Virus record (IMG/VR): IMGVR_UViG_644736323_000003
Location: 1,012-65,011 of that record
DNA: 64,000 nt
Strand: one strand, 5' to 3'
From: a virus
Taxonomy: Duplodnaviria; Caudoviricetes
The notes below the pieces were generated by a model that worked only from the letters and a program-made list of their open reading frames with translations, was not told the origin of the DNA and did not search any database. Of this stretch, positions 1-9,828 are shown in pieces. Made by a program: the position numbers and the translations under genes. The first letter of the stretch is position 1. Each line of letters begins with the position of its first letter.

Positions 1-158
1 CCGACGTCTGCGCCCGCTGCGTCCCCGCCGCCGCCCGGCACGCCCACGAGCAGCAGACCGACGGCTCCCCCCGACCCATCCGCGTGGAGATCCCCGACCA
101 GCACGACGTGCCAGGCCTCCACACCGCCAGCACCACCGACCGCCGCAGGAGCAGCAGC

Positions 159-755
159 ATGACCACGCCCCCCATCGACCTCACCGCCACGAACAGGCTC
201 GCGCTTGCCGCCGCTGTGACCCACGTCAACGCCAAGCGGGCCAACGACGCCCACAAGGCTGCCCACAAGGCGTTCACCACGGCGATCGCCCGCGGGTCCG
301 TGAACTACGCCTCTGACCCACGCGACCCCGAGCGGCAGATCGCCCAGGTCGCGATCAGCAAGTCGACCTGGACGGCGAAGGTCGTGGACCTGTCCGCGCT
401 GGAGCAGTGGGTGCGGGCCACCTACCCGGACAAGCTCCAGCGCCGCACCCGGATCACCGGCACTGAGCAGGACGTGATCAACGTCCTCGAGCGGTTCGCC
501 CCCTACCTGCTGGACCAGGTCGTCGAAGTCCCCGTCGAAGCTGTCCGCGAGCTGGAGCTGAAGTCCCGGGAAGCCAGGGAGGCGTGCGGCTGGGGCGGGG
601 AGGTCGGGGAGCAGGCACCGCCCGGCATCGCCGTGTCCGAGTCCGCGCCTCGGCTCGTCATCACTTACCGCGACGAGGACCTGCTGGACGAGCTGATCGC
701 GTCCGGGATCGTGGACGTCACCGGCACCGTCCTGGCTGGCGGTGAGGAGCAGTGA
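159..755 (+). CDS. Phage early hypothetical protein
   Basis: AGGAG at 147-151 before ATG159; stop overlaps next start (GTGA). Confidence 0.7.
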   Translation: MTTPPIDLTATNRLALAAAVTHVNAKRANDAHKAAHKAFTTAIARGSVNYASDPRDPERQIAQVAISKSTWTAKVVDLSALEQWVRATYPDKLQRRTRITGTEQDVINVLERFAPYLLDQVVEVPVEAVRELELKSREAREACGWGGEVGEQAPPGIAVSESAPRLVITYRDEDLLDELIASGIVDVTGTVLAGGEEQ

Positions 756-1933
756 CCGCCGCGCTCAGGACCGTCGCCCCGACGGGGCGCGCCTCGTGGC
801 CGCGCATCCTGCTCTCCGGCGAAGCCGGGGCCGGGCTGGCGTGGACGGCGGCCGACTTCTCCCGGGACTCCCGGCTCGGGGGCATGTACTGGCTGTCCGT
901 GGCGGGCGAGGACGCGCACGCGCTCGGCGCGGTCGACGGTGCCAGGTACGACATCCTCGACCACGACGGCACCTGGAGCGACCTGTACGAGCAGGTGTGC
1001 GCCGCCTGGGATGTCGCGCACGCCGCCGTCGAGGCTGGCGGGCTGCCGGTCGCGCTGACCGTCGACTCCATGTCCGGGATCAGGGCGATGCTGGCCGAGC
1101 TCGCAGACACGCGGGCCCGGCGGCGAACGGCGGGCGCACTCGCCGCGCGCGGCCTGGACCCGGCGCCCGCCTACTCCTCCGAGGTGGAGGTGCTGGTCGG
1201 CGCGGACCTGTGGACGTTGGTCGGCGGCAGGCACCGCCAGCTCATGGGCAAGATTCTCACCTGGCCCGGCCCTGTGGTGATGACCGCCCGGGAGCAGGTC
1301 GGGGCCGACGGGCGCTGGTCGCTGCGCGCGCAGGACGGGCTGGAGCACGACGTGACGGCGTGGGTGCGGTGCACCCGCGACGACCTGCCGGAGATCCTGC
1401 GGCTTGATGTGCCGCGCCGCGGGCGGCTGAGTCCGGCCGCGCGCGCCGAACTGCGCCGGGAGTACAGCCTGCGCAGGCTGGTGTGGGACTGGTGCGGCTG
1501 CACCAGCGAGACCCGCGCGCCGCAGCGGCCGATGCTCGACGCGGACCAGGTGCTGCCCGGCGAGCAGCCGCTCACGCCCGTGGCCGCGCCGCCGGTCCGG
1601 ACCGCCCGCCCGGTGCGTCGGGCGCCCGTGGCCGCATTGCCGACGCCACCCGCCGTCGAGAGCGGACGCCGGGTGGCGAACCTGCTCGACCGGTTCCTCG
1701 CGCTCGGCACCCGATCCGAGATCAACGCGCTGTGGGACAGCCTGCTCGACCTCACCGACGACGAGCGCGACACCGACGTCTCCGGGCTGATCACGCCTGA
1801 CATCCGCGCTGGCCTGGGCATCCCGGACGGGCCCTGCACCCTGCACGCCCTGGCCACCGAGGCAGCCCGGCACGTCCACCGGACCGGACAGCCGCTCGTC
1901 GTGGCCGGGGCGGCCGAGACCGGCGCGGCGTGA
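752..1933 (+). CDS. Sak4/RecA-like AAA ATPase family protein, degenerate Walker A
   Basis: ILLSGEAGAGLA (Walker A position), LTVDSMS (Walker B), VVMTARE; resembles actinophage recombination ATPases. Confidence 0.65.
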   Translation: MTAALRTVAPTGRASWPRILLSGEAGAGLAWTAADFSRDSRLGGMYWLSVAGEDAHALGAVDGARYDILDHDGTWSDLYEQVCAAWDVAHAAVEAGGLPVALTVDSMSGIRAMLAELADTRARRRTAGALAARGLDPAPAYSSEVEVLVGADLWTLVGGRHRQLMGKILTWPGPVVMTAREQVGADGRWSLRAQDGLEHDVTAWVRCTRDDLPEILRLDVPRRGRLSPAARAELRREYSLRRLVWDWCGCTSETRAPQRPMLDADQVLPGEQPLTPVAAPPVRTARPVRRAPVAALPTPPAVESGRRVANLLDRFLALGTRSEINALWDSLLDLTDDERDTDVSGLITPDIRAGLGIPDGPCTLHALATEAARHVHRTGQPLVVAGAAETGAA

Positions 1934-2127
1934 GCACCGCGCCATCGCAGAGGGAGGTGGCCGGCGGCCCCGGCCACCTCCCGGCGCTGGAGGCCGCAGC
2001 GGACCGCCTAGCGCTGCTCGAACCCCGATTGCTTCGCCTCGGCCGCGCGTTCAGCACGGCCGTCGCCGTTCTCCCCCGCACTTTCCCGCCCGTGTGCGGG
2101 GACCTCAACGACCACACCGAGAGGTGA
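1930..2127 (+). CDS. Small hypothetical protein
   Basis: Translationally coupled on both sides. Confidence 0.5.
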   Translation: MSTAPSQREVAGGPGHLPALEAAADRLALLEPRLLRLGRAFSTAVAVLPRTFPPVCGDLNDHTER

Positions 2128-2867
2128 TGAACTTGACCACCAGCACGCCCGAGATGTTCGAGGGCAAGACCTGGCCCAGCACGAGCACCGGCCACACCCT
2201 GAACATCGAGCCCACCGAGAAGACCGACACCGCCGTCGACCTGCGGCTCGGCGCTCAGGGTGACGGCCCGAGCATCCGCCTCACCCCGCAACAGGCGCGT
2301 GAGCTGGCCCGCACGCTGGTCCGCCGCGCCGACCTGCTCGACCCGCCCGACCGCCGCTGGGCCGACGTGCCACGCACACCCGGCGAGATCATCCAGGCCA
2401 GCCTCCTCACCGGAAACGCCATGGCGGAGCGGGTGTGGGACGACAGCGAGCCGCCGATCATGACCTACGTCCGCAACCTCGCCGTGGTCGACAGCTTCAC
2501 GATCGTCGCGCTCATGGCCGAGCTGGCGGCGGTCGCCCCGGAGCGGGCCGCCAAGGTCGCCGAGTTGCTGGGGGACGCCTACGACGACGGTTCGACCGTG
2601 CACGAGCAGCTGTGGGAGTGGGCGCGAGACCGGGCGAGCGGCCTGCCGATCGGGTTCGACCCGCCCGCCACGCTGCCGCTCGCGGACACGCCCGCCGAAC
2701 ACCGCGTGCTGCTCCTGGACCAGCTCGGGATGCTCAGCTACGACCCGACCGCGCAAACCTGGCTGGACCTCGCGGGCAAGCCGCTGCCGGACGTGCTCCA
2801 GCGCGCGGCGGACAAGCTCGCCGAGGCCGGTCACCTGACCAAGATGACGAAGCCGGGTGCGGCGTGA
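2127..2867 (+). CDS. Hypothetical phage protein
   Basis: GAGGT RBS-like sequence, TGATG overlap with previous gene. Confidence 0.6.
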   Translation: MNLTTSTPEMFEGKTWPSTSTGHTLNIEPTEKTDTAVDLRLGAQGDGPSIRLTPQQARELARTLVRRADLLDPPDRRWADVPRTPGEIIQASLLTGNAMAERVWDDSEPPIMTYVRNLAVVDSFTIVALMAELAAVAPERAAKVAELLGDAYDDGSTVHEQLWEWARDRASGLPIGFDPPATLPLADTPAEHRVLLLDQLGMLSYDPTAQTWLDLAGKPLPDVLQRAADKLAEAGHLTKMTKPGAA

Positions 2868-3214
2868 GCACCGCCCCCATCGCCGTGCACTTCTTCGAGG
2901 AGGACGGCTTCCTCGTTCGAGGCACTCTCGACCCCCGCGAAGCCCTCCGCCTCGCCGTCGCCCACGACGAAGACTTCGAGATCGCCTACCAGACCGCCGC
3001 CGAGGCCGGACGTGACCCCGACCGCCCCGGCGCGACCCCTCTCCCCGCCACCGTCGACGAGCTCGCCGACCTCTGCCACGACCTGCTCGCCGAAGCCCGC
3101 CCCGGCCTCTACCGCATCGTCCCCGCCAGGCCGAACAACCACGGGTACAGCTGGTTCTGCCACACCGCTCGCGAGCGCGGACTCGGCGTGTTCGAAGGGG
3201 TGATGTTCCGGTGA
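2864..3214 (+). CDS. Hypothetical phage protein
   Basis: GTGA overlaps at both ends. Confidence 0.6.
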   Translation: MSTAPIAVHFFEEDGFLVRGTLDPREALRLAVAHDEDFEIAYQTAAEAGRDPDRPGATPLPATVDELADLCHDLLAEARPGLYRIVPARPNNHGYSWFCHTARERGLGVFEGVMFR

Positions 3215-3720
3215 AGCGCAACGCGCCGTTGCGCCGTGGCGCACCGCTCAAGCGGACGTTGTTGCAGCGCAAGAAGCCCTTGCTGGTGCGCTACGACGCT
3301 GCTGCTCGGCAGCGTCGTGGCCTGCCCGCTCGGCCGCGCCCGGGCAGCCCTTCCCGTGCGGCACGGGAGGCGGTGCTGGAGCGGGACGGCTGGTGCTGCC
3401 AGCGCTGCGGTCGGGCGCTCGCTGGTGCCGCGTACTCGCTGCAGCACCGGCTGCCGCGCGGCCGGGCGGGCGGGAACGCCCCGGCGAACCTGGTGCTGGT
3501 GTGCGGAAGCGCGACCACACCGGGCGGCTGCCACAACTGGATAGAGCACCAGGACCGCCGTGCGGCGACGCGCGAGGGCTGGCTGGTGCCGTCCGGGATC
3601 GCACCGGAAGACTGGCCGGTCCGGCGACACGACGACTGGGCGCTGCCCGGCGAGACCAGGTGGGCGCCGTGCTTGCCGCACCCACTGCAGGTCGACCCGG
3701 AGTCGAGGTGGGCGGCATGA
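3211..3720 (+). CDS. HNH endonuclease
   Basis: CQRC...QHRLPRGRAGGNAPANLVLVCG...CHNWIEH. Confidence 0.85.
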   Translation: MKRNAPLRRGAPLKRTLLQRKKPLLVRYDAAARQRRGLPARPRPGSPSRAAREAVLERDGWCCQRCGRALAGAAYSLQHRLPRGRAGGNAPANLVLVCGSATTPGGCHNWIEHQDRRAATREGWLVPSGIAPEDWPVRRHDDWALPGETRWAPCLPHPLQVDPESRWAA

Positions 3721-4226
3721 GCGGGCTCTTCGAGCACGGCCACGACGGGCGCTGGGTCCGCAGCCAGCGCCACTACGTCGACCAGCTCGTCCACCTCGCC
3801 GCCCGCCTGGCGGCCTCTGTCCACGACCGGGACGAGAACGAGATTCGCGCCACGCTGGCCACCTGCCGCAGCCTCGTCCCGCCGCGCGGCGTGGACGGCG
3901 AAGACGCGCTCCTCATCGCCTTGGCCGCCATGGTCGATCCTGCCCAGTCGATCCGGGAGCTCGTGGCCTGGACTGCTGCGGACGGCGGGCTGCTGGCTCT
4001 TCTACCAGCACGGCCGGTGAGCTACCCGATCAACCCGGCCGCGGTGGAGATGGCCGTGCAGGGTGAGCTGCCCGCTGCCGCGCTCAACCCGGTCGAACTC
4101 GCCGAGGTGGTGCTGACGCTGACCAGGGACGGCAGGACGGTCGAGCAGATCGCGCACCTGCTCGACACCGAACCGCGCGAAATCCGCCGCTGGGCGCCGG
4201 ACACCTCGGAACTCCACGCAGCCTGA
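3717..4226 (+). CDS. Hypothetical protein with C-terminal helix-turn-helix
   Basis: GRTVEQIAHLLDTEPREIRRW. Confidence 0.6.
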   Translation: MSGLFEHGHDGRWVRSQRHYVDQLVHLAARLAASVHDRDENEIRATLATCRSLVPPRGVDGEDALLIALAAMVDPAQSIRELVAWTAADGGLLALLPARPVSYPINPAAVEMAVQGELPAAALNPVELAEVVLTLTRDGRTVEQIAHLLDTEPREIRRWAPDTSELHAA

Positions 4227-4256
4227 GCTGCGCTTCTCGACTACCAGGAGGCTCAC

Positions 4257-5117
4257 GTGGGGAAAACGAGTCCCCGCAAGGGTGTTGAGGCCTCGACTGC
4301 GTCAGGGTCCGTCTACGCCCCGTTCGACTGGGCGAAGGGTGTGCCGACGCTGCTGCTGGGCAACAAGACGCCCGACACGACGGCGCACCTGGTGCTGCTG
4401 ACGATGGCCACGTTCGCCGACCCCGACGGCACCAACATCCGCCCCTCGCTGCCCACGCTGACGGCGGCCAGCCACCTCGCCAAGACACGCACCTGCGCGG
4501 ACGCGATCAAGCGCCTGGAGGCGGCAAAGCTGATCGTCCGCAGCGGTGAGATGAACGGCGGCATCGTCGTGTGGGCCCTGAACTACGCGGTCGAGATGGC
4601 TCCTCGTACCGCCGCTGTCGAGGCTGGTCGGGACCAGGCGCTGTCCAAGCAGGCCGAGCGGAATCGGAGGTACCGCGAGCGGCAGCGTGACGCCGCACAG
4701 GGGCGTCACGTGACGCCGGACAGCGGCGTCACAAACGCCGCACAGGGGCGTCACGTGACGCCGGAGGTAGCGTCACAACCGCAGGTCAGCACGGGGACAC
4801 CAGCCCTTGACCAGCCCTTGACCAGCCAAGGGACCTTCGGGGGCACGCTGCCCCCGGACCCCCTGCGCAGCGACCCCGCTCCGCGAGGTCGCAACGACTG
4901 CTCTACCGCAGCCGAACAGCTCCAAGATCCACCGGCTCAAGTCGAGCGGAAAAGTCCGGTTCCCCGCGTGCGCGAGCGGCGCGGGCGCGAGGTCGTCGTG
5001 CCCGAGGTATGGAGTCGGCAGCGGTCGCGGTGCAGTCACCGCCTCGACGGGAGCCTTGCCCCGGACGGAACCCCGCGCTGTGTCATCTGCCGTCGCGAAC
5101 AACAGGCCGCCTCGTGA
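4257..5117 (+). CDS. Phage replication initiator-like HTH protein
   Basis: N-terminal LVLLTMATFADPDGTNIRPSLPTL...DAIKRLEAAKLI winged-HTH pattern; internal iteron-like repeats. Confidence 0.7.
   Translation: MGKTSPRKGVEASTASGSVYAPFDWAKGVPTLLLGNKTPDTTAHLVLLTMATFADPDGTNIRPSLPTLTAASHLAKTRTCADAIKRLEAAKLIVRSGEMNGGIVVWALNYAVEMAPRTAAVEAGRDQALSKQAERNRRYRERQRDAAQGRHVTPDSGVTNAAQGRHVTPEVASQPQVSTGTPALDQPLTSQGTFGGTLPPDPLRSDPAPRGRNDCSTAAEQLQDPPAQVERKSPVPRVRERRGREVVVPEVWSRQRSRCSHRLDGSLAPDGTPRCVICRREQQAAS
4687..4776. repeat. Four tandem 22-23 bp palindromic units GTGACGCC-N7-GGCGTCAC (candidate origin iterons)
   Basis: Units at 4687-4709, 4710-4732, 4732-4754, 4755-4776. Confidence 0.75.
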
Positions 5118-5392
5118 GCGCCGCCCCGATCCCCCTCGGCCGCTACCGGGCCGCCAGGAACGCCGAGGAGGAGCTGCCGATGCCCGACCGCTACGGCGAC
5201 CAGGACGAGCCGGAGCCGCACGCGTGCAACGAGGGCTGGCTCGACAGGGACGCGGACCACCCGCGGCCGTGCCTGGTCTGCAAGCCCCACCTCGCGCCCG
5301 GCGCCCGGCGAGCGCGGTTCGCGGCGGAGACCACCCCACACGGCCACCCGGTCGACTGGACCGGCCGCCGCGCCCGCAGGCGCCAGCAGTGA
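5114..5392 (+). CDS. Hypothetical protein with Cys/His motif
   Basis: GTGA overlap; HACNEGW...CLVCKPH. Confidence 0.5.
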   Translation: MSAAPIPLGRYRAARNAEEELPMPDRYGDQDEPEPHACNEGWLDRDADHPRPCLVCKPHLAPGARRARFAAETTPHGHPVDWTGRRARRRQQ

Positions 5393-5558
5393 ACACCTCG
5401 CCCAGGCCGCCGTGTGCGCGTTGCGGCAGGCCCCGCATCCCGATCCCCGGCTGGCCGCCGGTCCACCCCGAGTGCCGGTCCGGCACCGCCTGGGTGTGGA
5501 CGCCCGAGCAGATGGACACCTGGCTGGCCCGCCAGCCAACAACCACGAGGAGCCCTCG

Positions 5559-5861
5559 ATGATCGACTTCGGCACCTACGCCCTGCACCCGGACAGCACG
5601 TGCTGGGCGCCGCACTGCCACCGCCCGACCCCGGCCGATCAGCACGGCCTGATTCCCCGGCTGTGCTCCGAGCCCTGCCGTGCCGACTGGGTCGCCTCCT
5701 ACGGCCTCTCCAGCGCGGATACCCCGGCCACGCACGTGGTGGAGGGGCAGGGCTGGGTGCCGTTCGTTCAGGCGATGGGAGTTGTGCCTCGGCAGCCGGA
5801 AGCAGTGGCCCGCCCGATCACCGAGATCGCTCCTGCTCGGGAGCCTTTCAGCTCGCGCTGA
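5559..5861 (+). CDS. Hypothetical Cys-containing protein
   Basis: GAGGAG RBS; CWAPHC...CSEPC. Confidence 0.5.
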   Translation: MIDFGTYALHPDSTCWAPHCHRPTPADQHGLIPRLCSEPCRADWVASYGLSSADTPATHVVEGQGWVPFVQAMGVVPRQPEAVARPITEIAPAREPFSSR

Positions 5862-5907
5862 CACTCCTCAAAGGCACGTAAAACAGCCCGGCTGCGCAAA
5901 ATCCCTC

Positions 5908-5987
5908 TTGCTTGTTAGTCACAGTTAGTCGTAGATTAGTCACCACTCACCGCTAAACCCCAGCACAGTGAGGTTCATGTGACTAAC
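5908..5987 (+). promoter_or_regulatory. Sigma70-like promoter with repeated operator half-sites
   Basis: TTGCTT(5908-13)-18 nt-TAGATT(5932-37); TTAGTC at 5915, 5925, 5936; inverted GTGACTAAC at 5979-87. Confidence 0.7.
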
Positions 5988-6440
5988 ACACTGACTACTG
6001 CTCCGATCCGCATCATTGGCTCGGCAGCCGCCGACATCGCCCGCCACGTCACGACCTACGTCCGCCCGAACCGGGGGTGGGCCGAGGTCCAGGTGATGCG
6101 CGACGAGTGCCGCTACGGCTGCAAGCTCTACGTCCGCCGCCGCGGCTGCGTCCTCCAGTACGCCCTGATCCACAGCTGCACCTACGGCTGCCCCCTCGGG
6201 TGCGACCCGGCCACCCGCGTCGTCCCGGTCTCCGTAGCCCCCGCGGCGGAGAACAGCGACCGGCGGCTCGACGCCCTCGGCGGCCGGGACAACGACCGGC
6301 CTGCCGAGCTCGCCGACGACCAGCTCGACGCGCTGCTGCTGGCCTGGAGGGACGAGGCCGACAGCGTCCCGGTGGCCGAACTGGTGTCCACGGACGCCGC
6401 CCTGGCCGTCATCGCGGGCGCCCGCGACGGCTCGGCGTGA
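5979..6440 (+). CDS. Hypothetical phage protein
   Basis: First ORF after the promoter; GAGG RBS. Confidence 0.65.
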   Translation: MTNTLTTAPIRIIGSAAADIARHVTTYVRPNRGWAEVQVMRDECRYGCKLYVRRRGCVLQYALIHSCTYGCPLGCDPATRVVPVSVAPAAENSDRRLDALGGRDNDRPAELADDQLDALLLAWRDEADSVPVAELVSTDAALAVIAGARDGSA

Positions 6441-6603
6441 CCAGCCCGACCGCCACACCCCGAACCGCTGGACGCGCTACTCCCTCGAGCCGTGCGCCCA
6501 GCGCAGCCGGGGGGTGGTCCTGCCCTTGGTGTGGCAAGCCGGCCGACTCCGTGCACTGGAACTGCGGCCGTGCAGCCACCTTCTCCCAAATCGAGGAGTC
6601 CGC

Positions 6604-7008
6604 ATGATCACGAACGCCGAGTACGCCGCCGCGCTCGCCGCGCTCGCCGACCACCTCCAGGTCCACCCGCACCTCGCCGCCGTGAACATCGAACGCGGCT
6701 CCCAGGGCGGCCTGTACCTCCAGGTGGCCAGCCACACCAGCCTCGGCGAGCCCGCGCGCACCCCCGCCCTGATCGACTGGGCCGACTCCCTGCGCGCGAC
6801 CAACGTCACCGCGACCGCGTTCAGCACGCCCACCCCCAGCGGCTCGGTCCACGTCCACATCACCGGCAGCCTCGCCGACGGCACCCCGATCAAGGTCTGG
6901 TCCGCCATCGACGAGCTGACGGCAGTCACCAACACGGACGGGCACCCGATCGCCCCGCCGGTGGACCTGGACGTGCTGCGCGTGCTGGCCGCCCCGGTCG
7001 CCGCGTGA
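6604..7008 (+). CDS. Hypothetical phage protein
   Basis: GAGGAG RBS before ATG6604. Confidence 0.65.
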   Translation: MITNAEYAAALAALADHLQVHPHLAAVNIERGSQGGLYLQVASHTSLGEPARTPALIDWADSLRATNVTATAFSTPTPSGSVHVHITGSLADGTPIKVWSAIDELTAVTNTDGHPIAPPVDLDVLRVLAAPVAA

Positions 7009-7709
7009 CGCTGCTGGACGGCCGCTCCACCGCGCTGGTGGAGCGGCCCGACCACTGGCCCGAGCCCATCGAGGACCCGGACGACTGCTGGCAGGCGCGC
7101 CGCGACCACTACGCGCCGATCTGCGCCGCCTCTCCCGGCGACCACACCACTTGCGGCTGCTGCCCCACCGGCCACCGCACGAACTGCACCGAGGAGTCCA
7201 AGGTGGACAGCACCATCCGCGCCGACTGGCGTCCGCTCGTCCTGGCCAGCCCGACCGTGAGCGACGCGGCCGTCGAGGCCGCAGCCGTCGCCATGCGCAA
7301 CCAGCTCGGCCTCCTCGGGGACGGCAGCAGCGCATGGGCCAGCCTCTTCCCCGAGGAGCAGGACCACTGGCGCGAACAGGCCCGCGTCGTCCTGACCGCC
7401 GCCCTGCCCCACCTCGGCGGTGCCGAGCAGCCCGCCTCGAGCACCACGCTCCAACCCGAGAAACTGCGCTTCTTGGAGCCCTACTCCGAGCGTCCGGCCA
7501 TCCTGCCGACGACGCTGGAGGCCCAGCAGACCGGGCAGACCTGGAGCCTCATCGACGGGGTCCTGGGCACCTACTGCGCCCGCAAGGCGACCCGCACCGC
7601 CCTCAAGGTGGCCCCCGAGGGGCTGATCCGCGCGCTCGAGGACCTGCTGATCGAGTTCGGCACCTGCCTCGACATCTCCAGTCAGCACGCCGCCGAGCAG
7701 CCCGCGTGA
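7005..7709 (+). CDS. Hypothetical phage protein (possible internal start near 7203)
   Basis: GTGA overlap; internal GAGGAG before an in-frame GTG. Confidence 0.55.
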   Translation: MTLLDGRSTALVERPDHWPEPIEDPDDCWQARRDHYAPICAASPGDHTTCGCCPTGHRTNCTEESKVDSTIRADWRPLVLASPTVSDAAVEAAAVAMRNQLGLLGDGSSAWASLFPEEQDHWREQARVVLTAALPHLGGAEQPASSTTLQPEKLRFLEPYSERPAILPTTLEAQQTGQTWSLIDGVLGTYCARKATRTALKVAPEGLIRALEDLLIEFGTCLDISSQHAAEQPA

Positions 7710-8164
7710 TCACCCCGCCGCCCTCGGCATCGCCCTCCAGCCCCACGGCGCACCCAGCAAGCACGTCGACGCCGCCCTCGCGCCCTGGACCGCCGCCACC
7801 GCCTGACCCGGCCGCCCCTCCCCGCCCCCGCGGGGGAGCCCGGCGCAACCCCGCGCCGCACAACCCCAAGGAACTGGACCACATGCCCAAGCCAACCCCA
7901 CAGCCGACGAGCTCCCGCTGCCACACCTGCAAACGCCCCCTGAGCTCCTGCAAGTGCACGGTCGGGCACAGCCCCGCCACCTGAGGCCCCGATCCCCGCA
8001 CTAGCGGGGGAGCCCCCGACCACCGGGGGACACGAGGGAGGCCCCACATGCAGCACGACCCCATCCGCTGGCCCGACGAGGACCCCGACGAGTGGTCCAC
8101 CAAGGACCGCGACCAGTAGCCCGCCCGGCGCCCACCAGCGCCGGGCCCCCGCCCAGGAGGCGCC

Positions 8165-8359
8165 ATGTTCCGGATCACCATCACCATCACCGACCCCCAG
8201 ACCGGCGAGCAGCACGTCGAGCACGTCGGCAACGTCTCCTCCGCGTCCGTGGCCGAGGTCAAGGAGGACCTCCCGCTCGTCGCCGAGATGATCCGCGAGC
8301 ACGTCCGCGGCTGGACCGGGCTGGACGCCGACCGCGAGCTGCCGAGGGCGACATCGTGA
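8165..8359 (+). CDS. Small hypothetical protein
   Basis: AGGAGG RBS. Confidence 0.65.
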   Translation: MFRITITITDPQTGEQHVEHVGNVSSASVAEVKEDLPLVAEMIREHVRGWTGLDADRELPRATS

Positions 8360-8748
8360 CCCGGCAGCTCCGCGAGCCGGACCACGGCACCTACCGCGGC
8401 TACCAGCTCCACGCCTACCGGGGCCACCCGAAGCTGTGGCGCAGCGGTGAGCTGGAGCGCTGCGAGCCCTGCGTCCAGGCCCGCCGTCAGCACGACCGGG
8501 AGCGGTACGCGCGCCGGTGCGCCAGCCGCACCCCGGCGCAGGTGGAGGAGCGCGAGCAGCGGGCGCTGGAGAGCGCCTACCGCCGCACGGCCGTCTCGGT
8601 CGTGCCCAACCAGGTGCTCGGACTGCTGCTCCAGCACCTGCCGGAGGAGCTGTTCGACCTCGCCGCGGCCCGGCTCGGCGACCACGTGGTGGACCGCGCC
8701 CTGTGGTGGGCCGAGCAGGAGTCCACCCAACTCGTCACTGCCTCCTAG
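8356..8748 (+). CDS. Hypothetical protein with His/Cys metal-binding motif
   Basis: HGTYRGYQLH...CEPC. Confidence 0.6.
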   Translation: MTRQLREPDHGTYRGYQLHAYRGHPKLWRSGELERCEPCVQARRQHDRERYARRCASRTPAQVEEREQRALESAYRRTAVSVVPNQVLGLLLQHLPEELFDLAAARLGDHVVDRALWWAEQESTQLVTAS

Positions 8749-8757
8749 GAGACCCCC

Positions 8758-9825
8758 ATGTCCACACAGGACCCCACGCCCGCCCCGCTGCCCGGCCCGA
8801 GCGAGTTCGCCGGGTTCTTCCTGACCGACTCCGACGAGGGCTTGGAGCTGCGCTACTCCACCTCCGACGACTCCAACGACCCCGGCGATCAGGTGTGCCG
8901 CGTCGAACTGGACATGACGCTGGACGAGTTGATCCGGGAAGCGCGCGCACACCTGCCCCAGCCCATGCCCGCCCCGGTGGCGGACACGACCAGCCTGCGC
9001 GAGCGCGACGAAGCCCGCGCCGAGCGGGACGCGCTCGCCGCCGAGGCTGAGCGGCTGCGCGTGCACAGCGCTGCGCTCGACCACATCAGCACCGACCTCG
9101 GTCAGGCGCTCGCCGAGGTCGAGCGGCTGCGCGCCGAGGTCAAGCACCTGACCGGCCTGCACGACGAGCGTGACCAGCGCGAGCGAGAGCACGCTCGGAC
9201 GCTGGAGGAGCAGAAGCGCGCCGTCGTGAACGCCGAGCGGCAGATCGCGGTGATCAAGAGGCACTTCCACAAGCGCTGCGAGAACCTGACCGCCGCGCGC
9301 GACCTGCTCCGGGACCAGCTGGCGGTGTCGCAGGCCAGCGACCGGGACAACGCCACCGACCTCGCGCGAGCGCTGGACGACATCGAGCGCCTGACCGGCG
9401 AGGCGCTGATGACGCCCCGCGCGTCCGACGCGCTGCTGCACGCAATGGTCGAGGCCGCCCAGCAGCCAGGCCCAGGCGAGGACGGGTACGACGCGGCCCG
9501 CCGCGTGTTCCGGGAGTGGCCGCACGCCGTGCTGTCGCCGGGCGGCCGGATGGCGTCGTGCGGGGTGCACACCGAGGACGAGGCGCAACGCTCAGTCCGA
9601 CACGAGCTGTGCGAGCCCGCCGAGGTGAAGTGCGGGTTCTGCAAGGCGTGCCACCCGGTCGTCGGGCTGCACCAGCCGATGTACCTGTGCCCGAAGTGCG
9701 GGAACAAGCGGTGCCCCGGCGCGGCCGACCACCGCCGCGAGTGCAGCGGCAGCAACGCGCCCGGCCAGCCCGGCAGCCTCTACGAGCGCGCCAGCCAGCC
9801 CGCCGAGCCGCCGGTGGAGGGCTGA
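8758..9825 (+). CDS. Coiled-coil phage protein with C-terminal Cys cluster
   Basis: AGGAG RBS; heptad region; CGFC, CPKCGNKRCP. Confidence 0.7.
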   Translation: MSTQDPTPAPLPGPSEFAGFFLTDSDEGLELRYSTSDDSNDPGDQVCRVELDMTLDELIREARAHLPQPMPAPVADTTSLRERDEARAERDALAAEAERLRVHSAALDHISTDLGQALAEVERLRAEVKHLTGLHDERDQREREHARTLEEQKRAVVNAERQIAVIKRHFHKRCENLTAARDLLRDQLAVSQASDRDNATDLARALDDIERLTGEALMTPRASDALLHAMVEAAQQPGPGEDGYDAARRVFREWPHAVLSPGGRMASCGVHTEDEAQRSVRHELCEPAEVKCGFCKACHPVVGLHQPMYLCPKCGNKRCPGAADHRRECSGSNAPGQPGSLYERASQPAEPPVEG

Positions 9826-9828
9826 CCG

